In this document: positions 46,545 through 55,919 of the stretch, one piece after another
Layout of the letters: each line of letters opens with the position of its first letter
Numbering within the stretch: position 1 is the stretch's first letter
Assembly (NCBI GenBank): GCA_030645735.1
Contig: JAUSNP010000006.1
Span: 4,095-68,094 of the forward strand
DNA from: Candidatus Moraniibacteriota bacterium
Lineage (GTDB): Bacteria > Patescibacteriota > Minisyncoccia > Moranbacterales > UBA2206
Length of the DNA: 64,000 nt
Reading direction: 5' to 3'
Position numbers and translations under genes: made by a program
Notes under the pieces: generated by a model
Database searches by the model: none
What the model was told of the DNA's origin: nothing
What the model saw: only the letters and a program-made list of their open reading frames with translations

Positions 46545-48629
46545 ATGGCGAGGATATGTTATGTCGGATTTCTGGGAATTATTTTATTGACAGCTCATAC
46601 CGCGAATGCTCAAACTGTTATGGATGTGCAATTACCTTTCTATGACGGCAAGTCCTATAGATGTACTCAGAACAGCAATGACAGCCCAACTCATAACAAT
46701 ATTTATACTATGTATGATTTGGATTTTGGATTGTCAAATGGTTCTATTGTAGTTGCAGCAAGCGATGGGGTAATGCACTACGGAAGCAATCCCAATGGTT
46801 TCGGGACTTACGCTAAGATTGATCATGGTAATGGCTACTGGACAATGTATGGTCACTTGAGTGGCTATATTGCCAATGAAGGAGATGTGGTTGCTGGACA
46901 ACCAATCGCGTACTCAGGAAATACGGGGCTTTCCATTGGTAGTGGTGGTGGTTATCATTTACACTTCGGAGTGCACAGCGGTTCAGGTGTAGGAAATTCC
47001 AAAAAGATGAGCGTGTATGCTTTAAATAAAAATACAAATTCATCGGGATATTTTGATACTGGATTGCAAAATGAAACAGAATTTGTTTGCGGACTTACTT
47101 CCGGTAATTTCTATGAATCTCGTCCCGTTGGTTCCATATTTAGTGATTATCAATGCAAGTCACTTACAAGTGGTGGTGTCCTTTGCTGGAGTGGAAACCC
47201 GACAACTTGTGAAGATGGCGATAATCACGTTTGGTATCACAAAAATAGCGAGGGTGCCAAAGTAAGTGAAAGTAATTCTAGTACTTGGCAAAAATGCTCT
47301 CTTGATTCTGGACAAATAGCTAATATTTTCTCGTATCTTGATGGTGGTTATGGTGTTGGTGGGGTTGGGCCTGGGTCGTGGACTGATGCAACTGACTCTG
47401 CAACTTCAAGCTTACCTGACTTTGTCGTCAATAAAACTTGGCTCGAAACCCCTTGGGGCGTCGAAACATACAAGTTTGGTCTGGGTGAGTCTTTCAACAC
47501 TAAGGCCCAATCTGAAAACATTGGTGACGGCTCATGCCTCAACACTGATGCGACTCAGGAGATCACCGGCCATTTCTATCTCTCTAAGGGCTACAAAGAA
47601 GATGTGCATAGTGGAGATGGAGCATGGCGTAGGCTCGACAGCACCAACACGCATTGTTCCAATCTTGGTCAGGGTGAAACTAACACCGAAACCAAAAGTA
47701 CCAATGTTTGGGAATGGATCACGGAGCCGGGAATTTACAATGTCGTCTATTGTATTGATCATCCGCAAGATGATCATAACAACGGAGGCGACCACGCCGA
47801 AAAACACGAATCCAATAATTGCAGCACGGAAGCCGTTTTTGAAGTGACGGCTGATCAGATTGTCAATCCTGATCCACGATTTGTCGATTTCACCACAAAT
47901 GGATTGGGATTTCGCGGCACCCCGCCAATCTATGCTGGCAGCCAAGCACATTTTGGCGCATGGGTAACCAACAAGGGAAACACAACTCCTGGGCGAGACA
48001 TTCGCTCAAACTATTCTGTACAATGTTCCGGCACCGCCCGCATTCAATTGGCTGATGATGGCACACCTGCCAGTGCACTTTCTCCGGGAGCTTCGGCTTT
48101 CGAAGAAAACATTGGCGCGGTCACATTGCCAAATGCCTCAGGGGCTTGTGTGGCCTATTTCTGCGCTGACTATCAAAACGCAGTGGTTGAATCCAATGAG
48201 GCAAATAATTGCACAACATTCAACTTCACTTTGAAACCCAGACCGACACCCAACTTCAAAATAATCAAGATTGAAGACAAAAAAGGTTGTTGTACTACCA
48301 ACCGTGGAGACAAGGTATATCCGCGTGTTTGGACGCAAAACACCGGTACGGCTGCACCGCTGCAAAACGTGGCTATGCGTTATTACATCCGGAGTGCTGG
48401 CACTGGCAATGTTTGGTGGGAAATTGCCAACGACACTATGGAACCAAGAGAACTTCCACCGGGAGGAACCGACGAAGAAAGTCTGGACTCTGGTTGGAAA
48501 ATTCCCAGTGGCAGCGCTTGGAAAAACCAATGGCATGAGATCAAGGCTTGCGTTGATCCGCTCAACGCCATTGCTGAATCCAATGAGTCTGACAACTGCA
48601 TGAGCTACAGTCGGTTTTCGAAGAAATAA
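46545..48629 (+). CDS. Secreted M23 peptidase with C-terminal CARDB-like domains
   Basis: Signal peptide; LDF, YGHL, SGNTG, HLHFGV; repeated ESNE.NNC-type endings. Confidence 0.85.
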   Translation: MARICYVGFLGIILLTAHTANAQTVMDVQLPFYDGKSYRCTQNSNDSPTHNNIYTMYDLDFGLSNGSIVVAASDGVMHYGSNPNGFGTYAKIDHGNGYWTMYGHLSGYIANEGDVVAGQPIAYSGNTGLSIGSGGGYHLHFGVHSGSGVGNSKKMSVYALNKNTNSSGYFDTGLQNETEFVCGLTSGNFYESRPVGSIFSDYQCKSLTSGGVLCWSGNPTTCEDGDNHVWYHKNSEGAKVSESNSSTWQKCSLDSGQIANIFSYLDGGYGVGGVGPGSWTDATDSATSSLPDFVVNKTWLETPWGVETYKFGLGESFNTKAQSENIGDGSCLNTDATQEITGHFYLSKGYKEDVHSGDGAWRRLDSTNTHCSNLGQGETNTETKSTNVWEWITEPGIYNVVYCIDHPQDDHNNGGDHAEKHESNNCSTEAVFEVTADQIVNPDPRFVDFTTNGLGFRGTPPIYAGSQAHFGAWVTNKGNTTPGRDIRSNYSVQCSGTARIQLADDGTPASALSPGASAFEENIGAVTLPNASGACVAYFCADYQNAVVESNEANNCTTFNFTLKPRPTPNFKIIKIEDKKGCCTTNRGDKVYPRVWTQNTGTAAPLQNVAMRYYIRSAGTGNVWWEIANDTMEPRELPPGGTDEESLDSGWKIPSGSAWKNQWHEIKACVDPLNAIAESNESDNCMSYSRFSKK

Positions 48630-48920
48630 TTAAGTTTATCTAAGATTATTCCACCTGCCGCTCGGTGACCTTATGTCATCGGGCGGCACTTTTATAATAA
48701 TTCAAGCAACTTCCGTTCCTTGTCATTTCAATTTGCTTCTGATAATATTTAAATATCTTTCGCTCATCCTTTTTGTTATACCTCCTTTTTATATCGCTAC
48801 GACAGATAGGTACGCATTATGTTTTTTTCGACTTGCTACTGAGCAAGGGGGGTGATTGTTTTGAATCTCGTTTTAAATCCTCCATCCCGTATACAGGATG
48901 AAATTATAGGAAAAACTTTT

Positions 48921-51002
48921 ATGAAAATAACGAACGTACACCTAAGGAATTTTCGTAGGCTAGAGAATGTCGAGATCGGATTTGAGGCCGAGGAAACTGT
49001 TTTTGTAGGGCCAAACAATAGCGGTAAAACTTCGGCAACCGCTGCTTTTCGACTTTTCTTGGTTCGTCAAGAATTCAAAATTCACGACTTTTCCGTTTCG
49101 CGAATTGCAGAGATAAATGCATTTGGAACAACTGACAGTATAGACAAAGACAGTCTCCCCTCAATCAAAATGGATATTTGGTTTTCAATAAATCCAGATA
49201 TAGAATTTGGACGGGTTTTCTCTCTTGTGCCCAATGTTTCGGCCAGCTTAGAAAAAGTTGGTGTTCGAATGAAATTTAGCGTCAAGGATGCCAAGAAGCT
49301 GAAGTACGAATATCTAGCCACATTCCCCCGCTTAGAAAGTGGTGTGGCACAGAAAACGCTCTCCCATTACCTTTCTCTTCAAGGAAATTTAAATCGTCAT
49401 TTTGGATTGAGTTACTATGCCTTAGAAAACACCGAGAATGATTTAGTGACTATCCCGCTTGAACCGGAGGAAGGTAAGCGTGTTTTAAAATCTTTGGTTC
49501 GAGTGGACTTTGTTGATGCACAGAGAAATATCGATGACCAGGAGAATGGTCGTAGTAACCGGTTATCCTCAGCATTTGCAGCGTTCTACAAGAAGAACCT
49601 CGAACAAGCGGAGATAAACGAGGACGCAAATCGAATAATCGATGAAAACAATGAAAGCCTCACAAAACACTACGATAAGCACTTTAAAGACTTAATGGTT
49701 GTAATCAAGAGCCTTGGTGTGCCATCGGCCAATGACCGTGAGTTGAAGATCATCTCCTCTTTAAGTTCTGAATCAGCGTTGCAGGGAAACACAGCTCTTC
49801 TCTATGTAGACCCTGTACACAACCATGAACTTCCCGAAGTGTATAATGGTCTCGGGTTCAAGAACCTTGTTTATATGGCGATCCAAATCAGCCATTTTCA
49901 CTTACAGTGGATAAACACTGAAGAGAAACGGCCTCTATGCCAAATCATTTTTGTCGAAGAGCCGGAGGTACACCTCCATGCGCAGGTTCAACAAACATTT
50001 GTTTCGAATATTTGGGAGATTATACGGAAGGCATCTGACGACGCCGGTGAAAGTCACATGGTGCCTCAAATTGGAATTACTACTCATTCATCACATATTT
50101 TGGATGCAGTTGAATTTAGAAAGGTCAGATATTTCCGCCGTTGCGCTTTAGATGGAGAAGATCAATCCAAAATTACAACTTTGAATGCTTCAAAGGTTCT
50201 TAGTCTACGAGACTTTAAGCCACAAAAAAAATCAGCCGCCGGAGAGATCGAAAACGAGGAAGAAACGTTAGACTTTCTTAAACGGTATCTTAAACTCACA
50301 CACTGTGATCTATTCTTTGCTGATGCTGCCGTACTAGTCGAGGGCACCGTCGAGAAACTTCTCTTACCAAAGATGATGGAAAAGTCTGCTCCAGGCCTGA
50401 AGCAAAATTACCTCACAGTGCTTGAGGTTGGTGGTGCTTATGCCAGCCGCTTTGCAAGTCTCCTGGAGTTCTTGGGCATAGCCTACCTAGTCATAACGGA
50501 CTTAGACTCGGTTGATCCAACCAATAAAAGAAAAGTATGTAGAGCTGACACGCCAGGATCAGTTACTTCAAATGCATCACTTAAATTCTATTTTAACAAA
50601 TCTGTTATCAGCGATTTGGTAAAACTGAATCATGCGGAACAGATTTTGCCAGGTGGTCGTAGTTTTGTTGCATTTCAAAAGCCAACAACCGTTATAGGTC
50701 ATAATCCTGCAAAAGAAATGCACGGTCGTACATTTGAGGAAACATTTATTTATCAAAACTTGCAACTTTTCCGAGACAGAAAGATTGGTTTTGAAGCAGA
50801 TATCCCAGGCGATCAAGACTTTGAGAAAGAGTATAGCGCCATCTTTGAGGGGATAAAATCACCATCTTTTAAGAAAACTGAGTTCGCGCTTGGTGTTGCA
50901 TCAGTAAAAGTTGATTGGGAAACTCCTCAGTACATTGCTGAGGGTTTAAGCTGGCTAGAGAAAACAATGTGCGCAAACCCTCTATGTGAAGCTAACAAGT
51001 AG
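48921..51002 (+). CDS. gajA: OLD-family ATPase-TOPRIM nuclease (Gabija GajA-like)
   Basis: GPNNSGKT, GLGFKN, VEEPEVHLH, TTHSSH, FFAD..VLVEGTVE, ITDLD; ATG 48921 preferred. Confidence 0.85.
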   Translation: MKITNVHLRNFRRLENVEIGFEAEETVFVGPNNSGKTSATAAFRLFLVRQEFKIHDFSVSRIAEINAFGTTDSIDKDSLPSIKMDIWFSINPDIEFGRVFSLVPNVSASLEKVGVRMKFSVKDAKKLKYEYLATFPRLESGVAQKTLSHYLSLQGNLNRHFGLSYYALENTENDLVTIPLEPEEGKRVLKSLVRVDFVDAQRNIDDQENGRSNRLSSAFAAFYKKNLEQAEINEDANRIIDENNESLTKHYDKHFKDLMVVIKSLGVPSANDRELKIISSLSSESALQGNTALLYVDPVHNHELPEVYNGLGFKNLVYMAIQISHFHLQWINTEEKRPLCQIIFVEEPEVHLHAQVQQTFVSNIWEIIRKASDDAGESHMVPQIGITTHSSHILDAVEFRKVRYFRRCALDGEDQSKITTLNASKVLSLRDFKPQKKSAAGEIENEEETLDFLKRYLKLTHCDLFFADAAVLVEGTVEKLLLPKMMEKSAPGLKQNYLTVLEVGGAYASRFASLLEFLGIAYLVITDLDSVDPTNKRKVCRADTPGSVTSNASLKFYFNKSVISDLVKLNHAEQILPGGRSFVAFQKPTTVIGHNPAKEMHGRTFEETFIYQNLQLFRDRKIGFEADIPGDQDFEKEYSAIFEGIKSPSFKKTEFALGVASVKVDWETPQYIAEGLSWLEKTMCANPLCEANK

Positions 51003-51015
51003 GCGTCACGACGAT

Positions 51016-52854
51016 ATGCGAAGATTAATTGAAACTAAAGCAGATGCAGAAATCAAAATTTGCTTAGAGGCGAAGCAAAGTTTTTCTGTTATTGCCGGGG
51101 CGGGTTCAGGTAAGACCACTTCATTGGTCACTGCACTTCAGCATTTAAGACAGACAGCGGGGCCAAGCCTTCGACGCAATGATCAAAAAATAGTGTGTAT
51201 TACATATACTAACCGAGCGGCAGAAGTTATTTCTAACCGTTTGGATTTTGATGATTTGTTTCTTGTGGCAACCCTACATACCTTTTTGTGGAGCCAAATC
51301 AAAAGATTTACACCCAACATCAGGGAAGCTGTTCGTGAGCATATCATTCCGGCACATATTGAAAACAAACAAAAAGACGACAATGGTGGTCAAAGCAAAA
51401 AGGCGGTTGCAGCTAGAGCGAAGATTGCGTCACTACAGGCTGCTCTTGATAACTTGGATGCAGTTGATAAATTTGAGTACAACGACAATAAGTTTAGCGA
51501 CTATCCCCAAGGCAAATTGAATCACGATGACATAATTGATATCGCCGCCTACTTGATATCAGATAACGCAATTCTCCGACAAATTATTGGACAGAACTAT
51601 CCATATATCTTTGTTGATGAAGCACAAGATACTTTTGGAAATGTAGTTGATGCGTTAAACAAGGTTTGTGAAAATGATGGCCTGCCTATTGTTTGCTATT
51701 TCGGTGATCCAATGCAGCAAATTTACGATAAGAGAGCGGGAGACTTTGCAGGTCCATCCGGTTCCATAATAATCACAAAAGAAGAGAATTTCAGATGTTC
51801 ACGCAAGGTAATCGATTTGCTAAATGCCTTTCGTAATGATGTAAAACAGATTCCAGCAGGTAAAAACGCCGAAATTGATGGTAGTGTATTTATCAGATTA
51901 GTTGCTGCTGAGACGCCTTTGGGTGAACGGAAAAAATATACCGAAATTCAAATTGAGCGCACATCCGCACGCTTTGACGAAGCTTTAGAGAGTTGGGGTT
52001 GGGCAGGACGATCCGAAGTTAAGCAACTCTTCCTAGTTCGTCAAATGATTGCAAAGCGACTAGGATTTCCCATTCTTCACAAACTATTCACTGGCCAGTT
52101 TGCCTCTTCAAACGCCCAAGAAGCTTATGAAAAAGGTGAGCATTTTTTGTTACAGCCGTTTGTAAATTGTTTATATCCTTTAGTGCAAGCCCATCGAGAT
52201 AGTGATCTGAGACGAGTTTTCGATATCTTGAGAAGGTCAAGCCCGACATTTGATCCCCAAGGAGTCAACGCGGAACGCACTTTGGGCGAAATGAAAGAGC
52301 GCGCAATTGACTTAATTAAGAGTCTTTCAACTCTTTGGATTGACAATTCTTTGGCTGATATTTTGAGGTTTTGTCGAGCAAACAACTTGTGCCATATTTC
52401 GGATCGACTGTCCGAGCATTTAGATCGCGCACCAAGAGAAGAAGAATATGATGATGATTTGCATTCAAGTGCCAAAGGCGACTGGTTGGTAGATATATTT
52501 TTCAAAATGACTAGCAAGGAAATCGAGCCATTCACTGCGTTTATCCGTGAAAACACTCCTTTAAGCACCCAGCACGGTGTAAAGGGTGAGGAATACAAAG
52601 ATGTTGTTGTTGTATTTGATGACATTGAAGCTGCGTGGAACAACTACAGTTTCACAAAAACACTGACACCCAATACATCAGGTGCGCCTACCGATGGACA
52701 ATCCGACAAGAGCAGAAAGCTTGCCTATGTTTGTTTTTCTAGAGCTGAGGAGAATTTAAGAATTCTTCTATTTACGTCGAATCCAGCGGCTGCTAAGGAA
52801 GAACTTATATCAAAAGAATTGTTTAAAGAAAACCAAATATCTATTGCCAGTTAA
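51016..52854 (+). CDS. gajB: UvrD-like helicase (Gabija GajB-like)
   Basis: AGAGSGKT, ITYTN, VDEAQD, GDPMQQIY, NFR, HGVKGEEY, YVCFSRA; directly after the OLD nuclease. Confidence 0.85.
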   Translation: MRRLIETKADAEIKICLEAKQSFSVIAGAGSGKTTSLVTALQHLRQTAGPSLRRNDQKIVCITYTNRAAEVISNRLDFDDLFLVATLHTFLWSQIKRFTPNIREAVREHIIPAHIENKQKDDNGGQSKKAVAARAKIASLQAALDNLDAVDKFEYNDNKFSDYPQGKLNHDDIIDIAAYLISDNAILRQIIGQNYPYIFVDEAQDTFGNVVDALNKVCENDGLPIVCYFGDPMQQIYDKRAGDFAGPSGSIIITKEENFRCSRKVIDLLNAFRNDVKQIPAGKNAEIDGSVFIRLVAAETPLGERKKYTEIQIERTSARFDEALESWGWAGRSEVKQLFLVRQMIAKRLGFPILHKLFTGQFASSNAQEAYEKGEHFLLQPFVNCLYPLVQAHRDSDLRRVFDILRRSSPTFDPQGVNAERTLGEMKERAIDLIKSLSTLWIDNSLADILRFCRANNLCHISDRLSEHLDRAPREEEYDDDLHSSAKGDWLVDIFFKMTSKEIEPFTAFIRENTPLSTQHGVKGEEYKDVVVVFDDIEAAWNNYSFTKTLTPNTSGAPTDGQSDKSRKLAYVCFSRAEENLRILLFTSNPAAAKEELISKELFKENQISIAS

Positions 52855-52912
52855 GGTGTTGATGTGCATTATCGACAAGCTCTGTAATCAATTGGTCAGA
52901 TGGGGCTGGATA

Positions 52913-53019
52913 GTCTTTGACAAGAATAGCATAAATTTGTTTAGCTTTTTGGGTGGTGCATTTTCTTTTCTGGTAAAGAATCACCCCTTTCTTTCGAGTT
53001 GTTGTTCGACAAGGGGCAC
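52913..53019 (+). repeat. att-associated direct repeat, copy B (attR)
   Basis: Ends gttcgacaaggggcac; its antisense encodes the in-frame integrase C-terminus. Confidence 0.9.
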
Positions 53020-53070
53020 ACAGTATAAATCCAGCGAGATTTTCTTTTTTGTCTATATTAAATTAACCTA

Positions 53071-54060
53071 ATGGTAGGTATAATACTTGCTTTTATAGTT
53101 TCAATCTTGGCTACAGCTCAAAATACGATGCTGAAGGTTTTGGGTGGAAAAAAGATTGAAGTGCCTGAGGAAAAAAAGCAGTTGCAGAAAGACTCGGATT
53201 CAATGATGGGATTGATTACAGCGTGGGCATCGGCAGGGGTGGCTTTTATAATCACAACTATTGTCCTAGTTTGGTTGGGCGGTTTGTCGCGAGTAGCGGA
53301 ATTGCCAATTGAGTTTTGGCAGGCTGCGGCATGGAAAATCCCACTATATGCTCTGGCAGTTTGGAGCTATGCTTTGGCGCATCGAAAAGGGGATATATCA
53401 TTGATTAGTCCGCTTCTCTCAATTACCCCAGCAATTATTGTTGTACTTGCACCGATGATTGGCCAGACAGCTAGCCCGCTTGGCATAGCTGGAGTGGCTT
53501 TTATTGTGATTGGAGCGTATTTTTTGAATTTTTCACAAAGGAAAGATGGTTTTTTGGCTCCGATGAAAGAGCTATGGAAGGATCATGGCGCCAGATTTAT
53601 GATGTTGACAGCTACGCTTTGGGCCATTGTTAGTGTGGTTGATGCAGTTGGTGTCAGGACTGGCGGCAATGATTTTGTGGCAGCTGTTATGTGGACAGTA
53701 GTTATAAATCTTGGTTCTGTTGTTCTCTTGATGCCGTTTGCTTTGTATTTCATAAACAAGCTCAAATCTAAAAACGAATATCAAGAACTTGCCTCTGTTC
53801 AAAAATTTCTCGGAAAGAGTGGCGCTGGCAAAATGACTTTGACTGGTTTTTTTGATGGAACTCGAGAGGTTTTTCAGATGATGGCTATGACTTTCATGCA
53901 GGCGGCCTATGTCAATGCTATAAAACGATTTTCGATGGTACTGGGGGTCATTGTCGGCGCGGTTGTCTTCAAGGAAAAAAATTTCCAAGAACGATTAACT
54001 GGCTCACTCATCATGCTTGTTGGGGTTATCTTCATTATTATCTCAGCGGTTATAAAATAA
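53071..54060 (+). CDS. EamA/DMT family transporter
   Basis: GDISLISPLLSITP, YVNAIKR, FKEK; about 10 TM segments. Confidence 0.88.
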   Translation: MVGIILAFIVSILATAQNTMLKVLGGKKIEVPEEKKQLQKDSDSMMGLITAWASAGVAFIITTIVLVWLGGLSRVAELPIEFWQAAAWKIPLYALAVWSYALAHRKGDISLISPLLSITPAIIVVLAPMIGQTASPLGIAGVAFIVIGAYFLNFSQRKDGFLAPMKELWKDHGARFMMLTATLWAIVSVVDAVGVRTGGNDFVAAVMWTVVINLGSVVLLMPFALYFINKLKSKNEYQELASVQKFLGKSGAGKMTLTGFFDGTREVFQMMAMTFMQAAYVNAIKRFSMVLGVIVGAVVFKEKNFQERLTGSLIMLVGVIFIIISAVIK

Positions 54061-54155
54061 CTTCGTGAAATTCATTCGATCTAAAAAGACTCGCATCTGA
54101 AAAGCTAGATGGCGAGCTTTTTTAATTTTTTACTTTATTATGCTATAATAAATCT

Positions 54156-55202
54156 ATGAAAAAGTATTTTTTGGTTACAATTTTACTCACAGCCACAACT
54201 TTGTTGTCTGGCTGTTCTTCGACGCCAAAAACAACTACGCCAGTGGTGAAAGTGCCGGTTAGTAACATTATGAAGTCAATTGATGGCGGAGCGAATTGGG
54301 AAGCCAAAGACAAGACGGCAGACAAAGTGACGCTGGCATCAATTGATGTGATTAGCATGGCAGTCAATCCCTATGACGGCAAAAATGTTTTTGTTGGAAC
54401 TCTTAAAAATGGAATTTTGAAAACGGATGATGGTGGAGAAAATTGGAGTTTGTTGAAATTCCCAGCGGAAAAGACCTACGGCTTGGCAATTGACAACATA
54501 GACAGTCGCGTGATTTATGCTAGTGGTGTTTGGCAGGGCCGAGGCAAAATTTTCAAGAGTATCAATGGCGGGACTGATTGGAATGAAATTTACACGGCGC
54601 CATCCGATGGTCCGTTGGTAATTTCGCTGACTATGAGTAAGAAAAATTCCAATGTTTTGTATGCGACTACGAGTGACAATCAAATGATGAAAAGTGTGGA
54701 TGCGGGCTCATCGTGGAAAAACATTTTTGTTTCACCGAGTCCAGTTTTGAAAATTGCCATTGATGCAACGAATGACAATTTGCTGTATATGAATTTGCAA
54801 ACCGGCAACATTTTGCGCAGTACAGATGGTGGCGTCACAAATGAAGAATCTTCAATGGATATCAATCGAGGCATTGGTTTTATTGAAACTGATCCGTTTC
54901 ATGCTAGCTGGGTTTATGCTGGCGGTCAGGCAGGGCTATTTCGCAGTAAGGACGCGGGTAAAACTTGGGAAACTTTGAAAACACTGGGTGATTCCAAAAC
55001 CTTCCCAGTCAAAGCTGTGGCTATTAGCCCAACCAATTCTAATGAGATTATCTATGGCGCAGCTCAAGCAACCTACAAATCAGTCGATGGTGGAGTGAAT
55101 TGGGCAACCTTCCAATTGGAAACAAAAAACACAGTCAGTCTGTTGCGATACAGTTCAACTGAGCCAGATGTGTTTTATATGGGTTTGCGAAAAAGTAATT
55201 AA
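54156..55202 (+). CDS. Lipoprotein with BNR/Asp-box repeats (YCF48-like beta-propeller)
   Basis: Lipobox LSGC; repeated S.DGG..W. Confidence 0.88.
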   Translation: MKKYFLVTILLTATTLLSGCSSTPKTTTPVVKVPVSNIMKSIDGGANWEAKDKTADKVTLASIDVISMAVNPYDGKNVFVGTLKNGILKTDDGGENWSLLKFPAEKTYGLAIDNIDSRVIYASGVWQGRGKIFKSINGGTDWNEIYTAPSDGPLVISLTMSKKNSNVLYATTSDNQMMKSVDAGSSWKNIFVSPSPVLKIAIDATNDNLLYMNLQTGNILRSTDGGVTNEESSMDINRGIGFIETDPFHASWVYAGGQAGLFRSKDAGKTWETLKTLGDSKTFPVKAVAISPTNSNEIIYGAAQATYKSVDGGVNWATFQLETKNTVSLLRYSSTEPDVFYMGLRKSN

Positions 55203-55226
55203 TAACTAAATTTTTAAAATATCAGT

Positions 55227-55784
55227 ATGTACAAAGAAATCATCGAGAAGAAAAAACCGGAATTGGAAAAAACAATGGAGCATTTCAAGGAAGAGTTGGG
55301 TCAACTTCGCACAGGGCGCGCGGCCACTGCTATGGTGGATAGTTTGATGGTGGATTATTATGGAGCTAAATCTCCATTGAAACAAGTGGCGAGCATCACC
55401 ATTCCAGAAGCGCGCACAATTATGATTTCCCCATGGGACAAGGACAGCTTGGTGGCAATTGAAAAAGCTATCCGTGAATCACAATTGAATTTGAATCCAA
55501 ACAATGATGGACAAGTGATTCGCATCAACATCCCGGCCTTGAATGAGGATCGTCGCAAAGATTTAGTGAAGATGCTCAATCAAAAATCTGAAGATGCTCG
55601 TATTTCAATTCGCAAGCACAGAGAAGATGTGTGGGAAGAAATTCAAGAGTCAGAAAAAGCTGGACTCATGGGTGAGGATGACAAATTTGCTGGCAAAGAT
55701 GATTTGCAAAAAGTAGTGGATGAATATAACAAGAAAGTTGAAGAAATTCGCGCTAAAAAAGAAGAAGAGATCCTAACAGTTTAA
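55227..55784 (+). CDS. frr: Ribosome recycling factor
   Basis: LRTGRA, VDYYG, NPNNDG, RISIR. Confidence 0.98.
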   Translation: MYKEIIEKKKPELEKTMEHFKEELGQLRTGRAATAMVDSLMVDYYGAKSPLKQVASITIPEARTIMISPWDKDSLVAIEKAIRESQLNLNPNNDGQVIRINIPALNEDRRKDLVKMLNQKSEDARISIRKHREDVWEEIQESEKAGLMGEDDKFAGKDDLQKVVDEYNKKVEEIRAKKEEEILTV

Positions 55785-55912
55785 ATTCCAAGATACAAGA
55801 AACAAAAACCAAGCAAGCATCAAATCACAATACTCAAATAATCAAACTTTTGAATATTGAAAATTGATTATTGAATATTGTTTGGGATTTGTTACTTGGT
55901 TATTGGTTGTTA
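55785..55912. repeat. Degenerate ~7-nt repeat tract, CAA-rich half followed by a TTG-rich half
   Basis: ttccaag atacaag aaacaaa aaccaag ... attgaaa attgatt attgaat ... cttggtt attggtt. Confidence 0.65.
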
Positions 55913-55919
55913 CATCACA

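Larger units (their letters stand above)
17418..53019. mobile_element. Composite integrative element (~35.6 kb) at the tRNA-Lys 3' end; attL about 17411-17425, internal att-like junction about 45335-45350, attR about 53005-53020
   Basis: Recombinase abuts and overlaps the tRNA; shared GCAC core at 17415-17418, 45342-45345 and 53016-53019; host-type genes resume after 53020. Confidence 0.85.

Noticed and set aside
17418-53019. Prophage
   Set aside because: No terminase, capsid, portal or tail genes recognised.
52844-53071. 75-aa plus-strand ORF across attR
   Set aside because: Spans the att junction; the conserved frame between the two repeat copies is on the minus strand.
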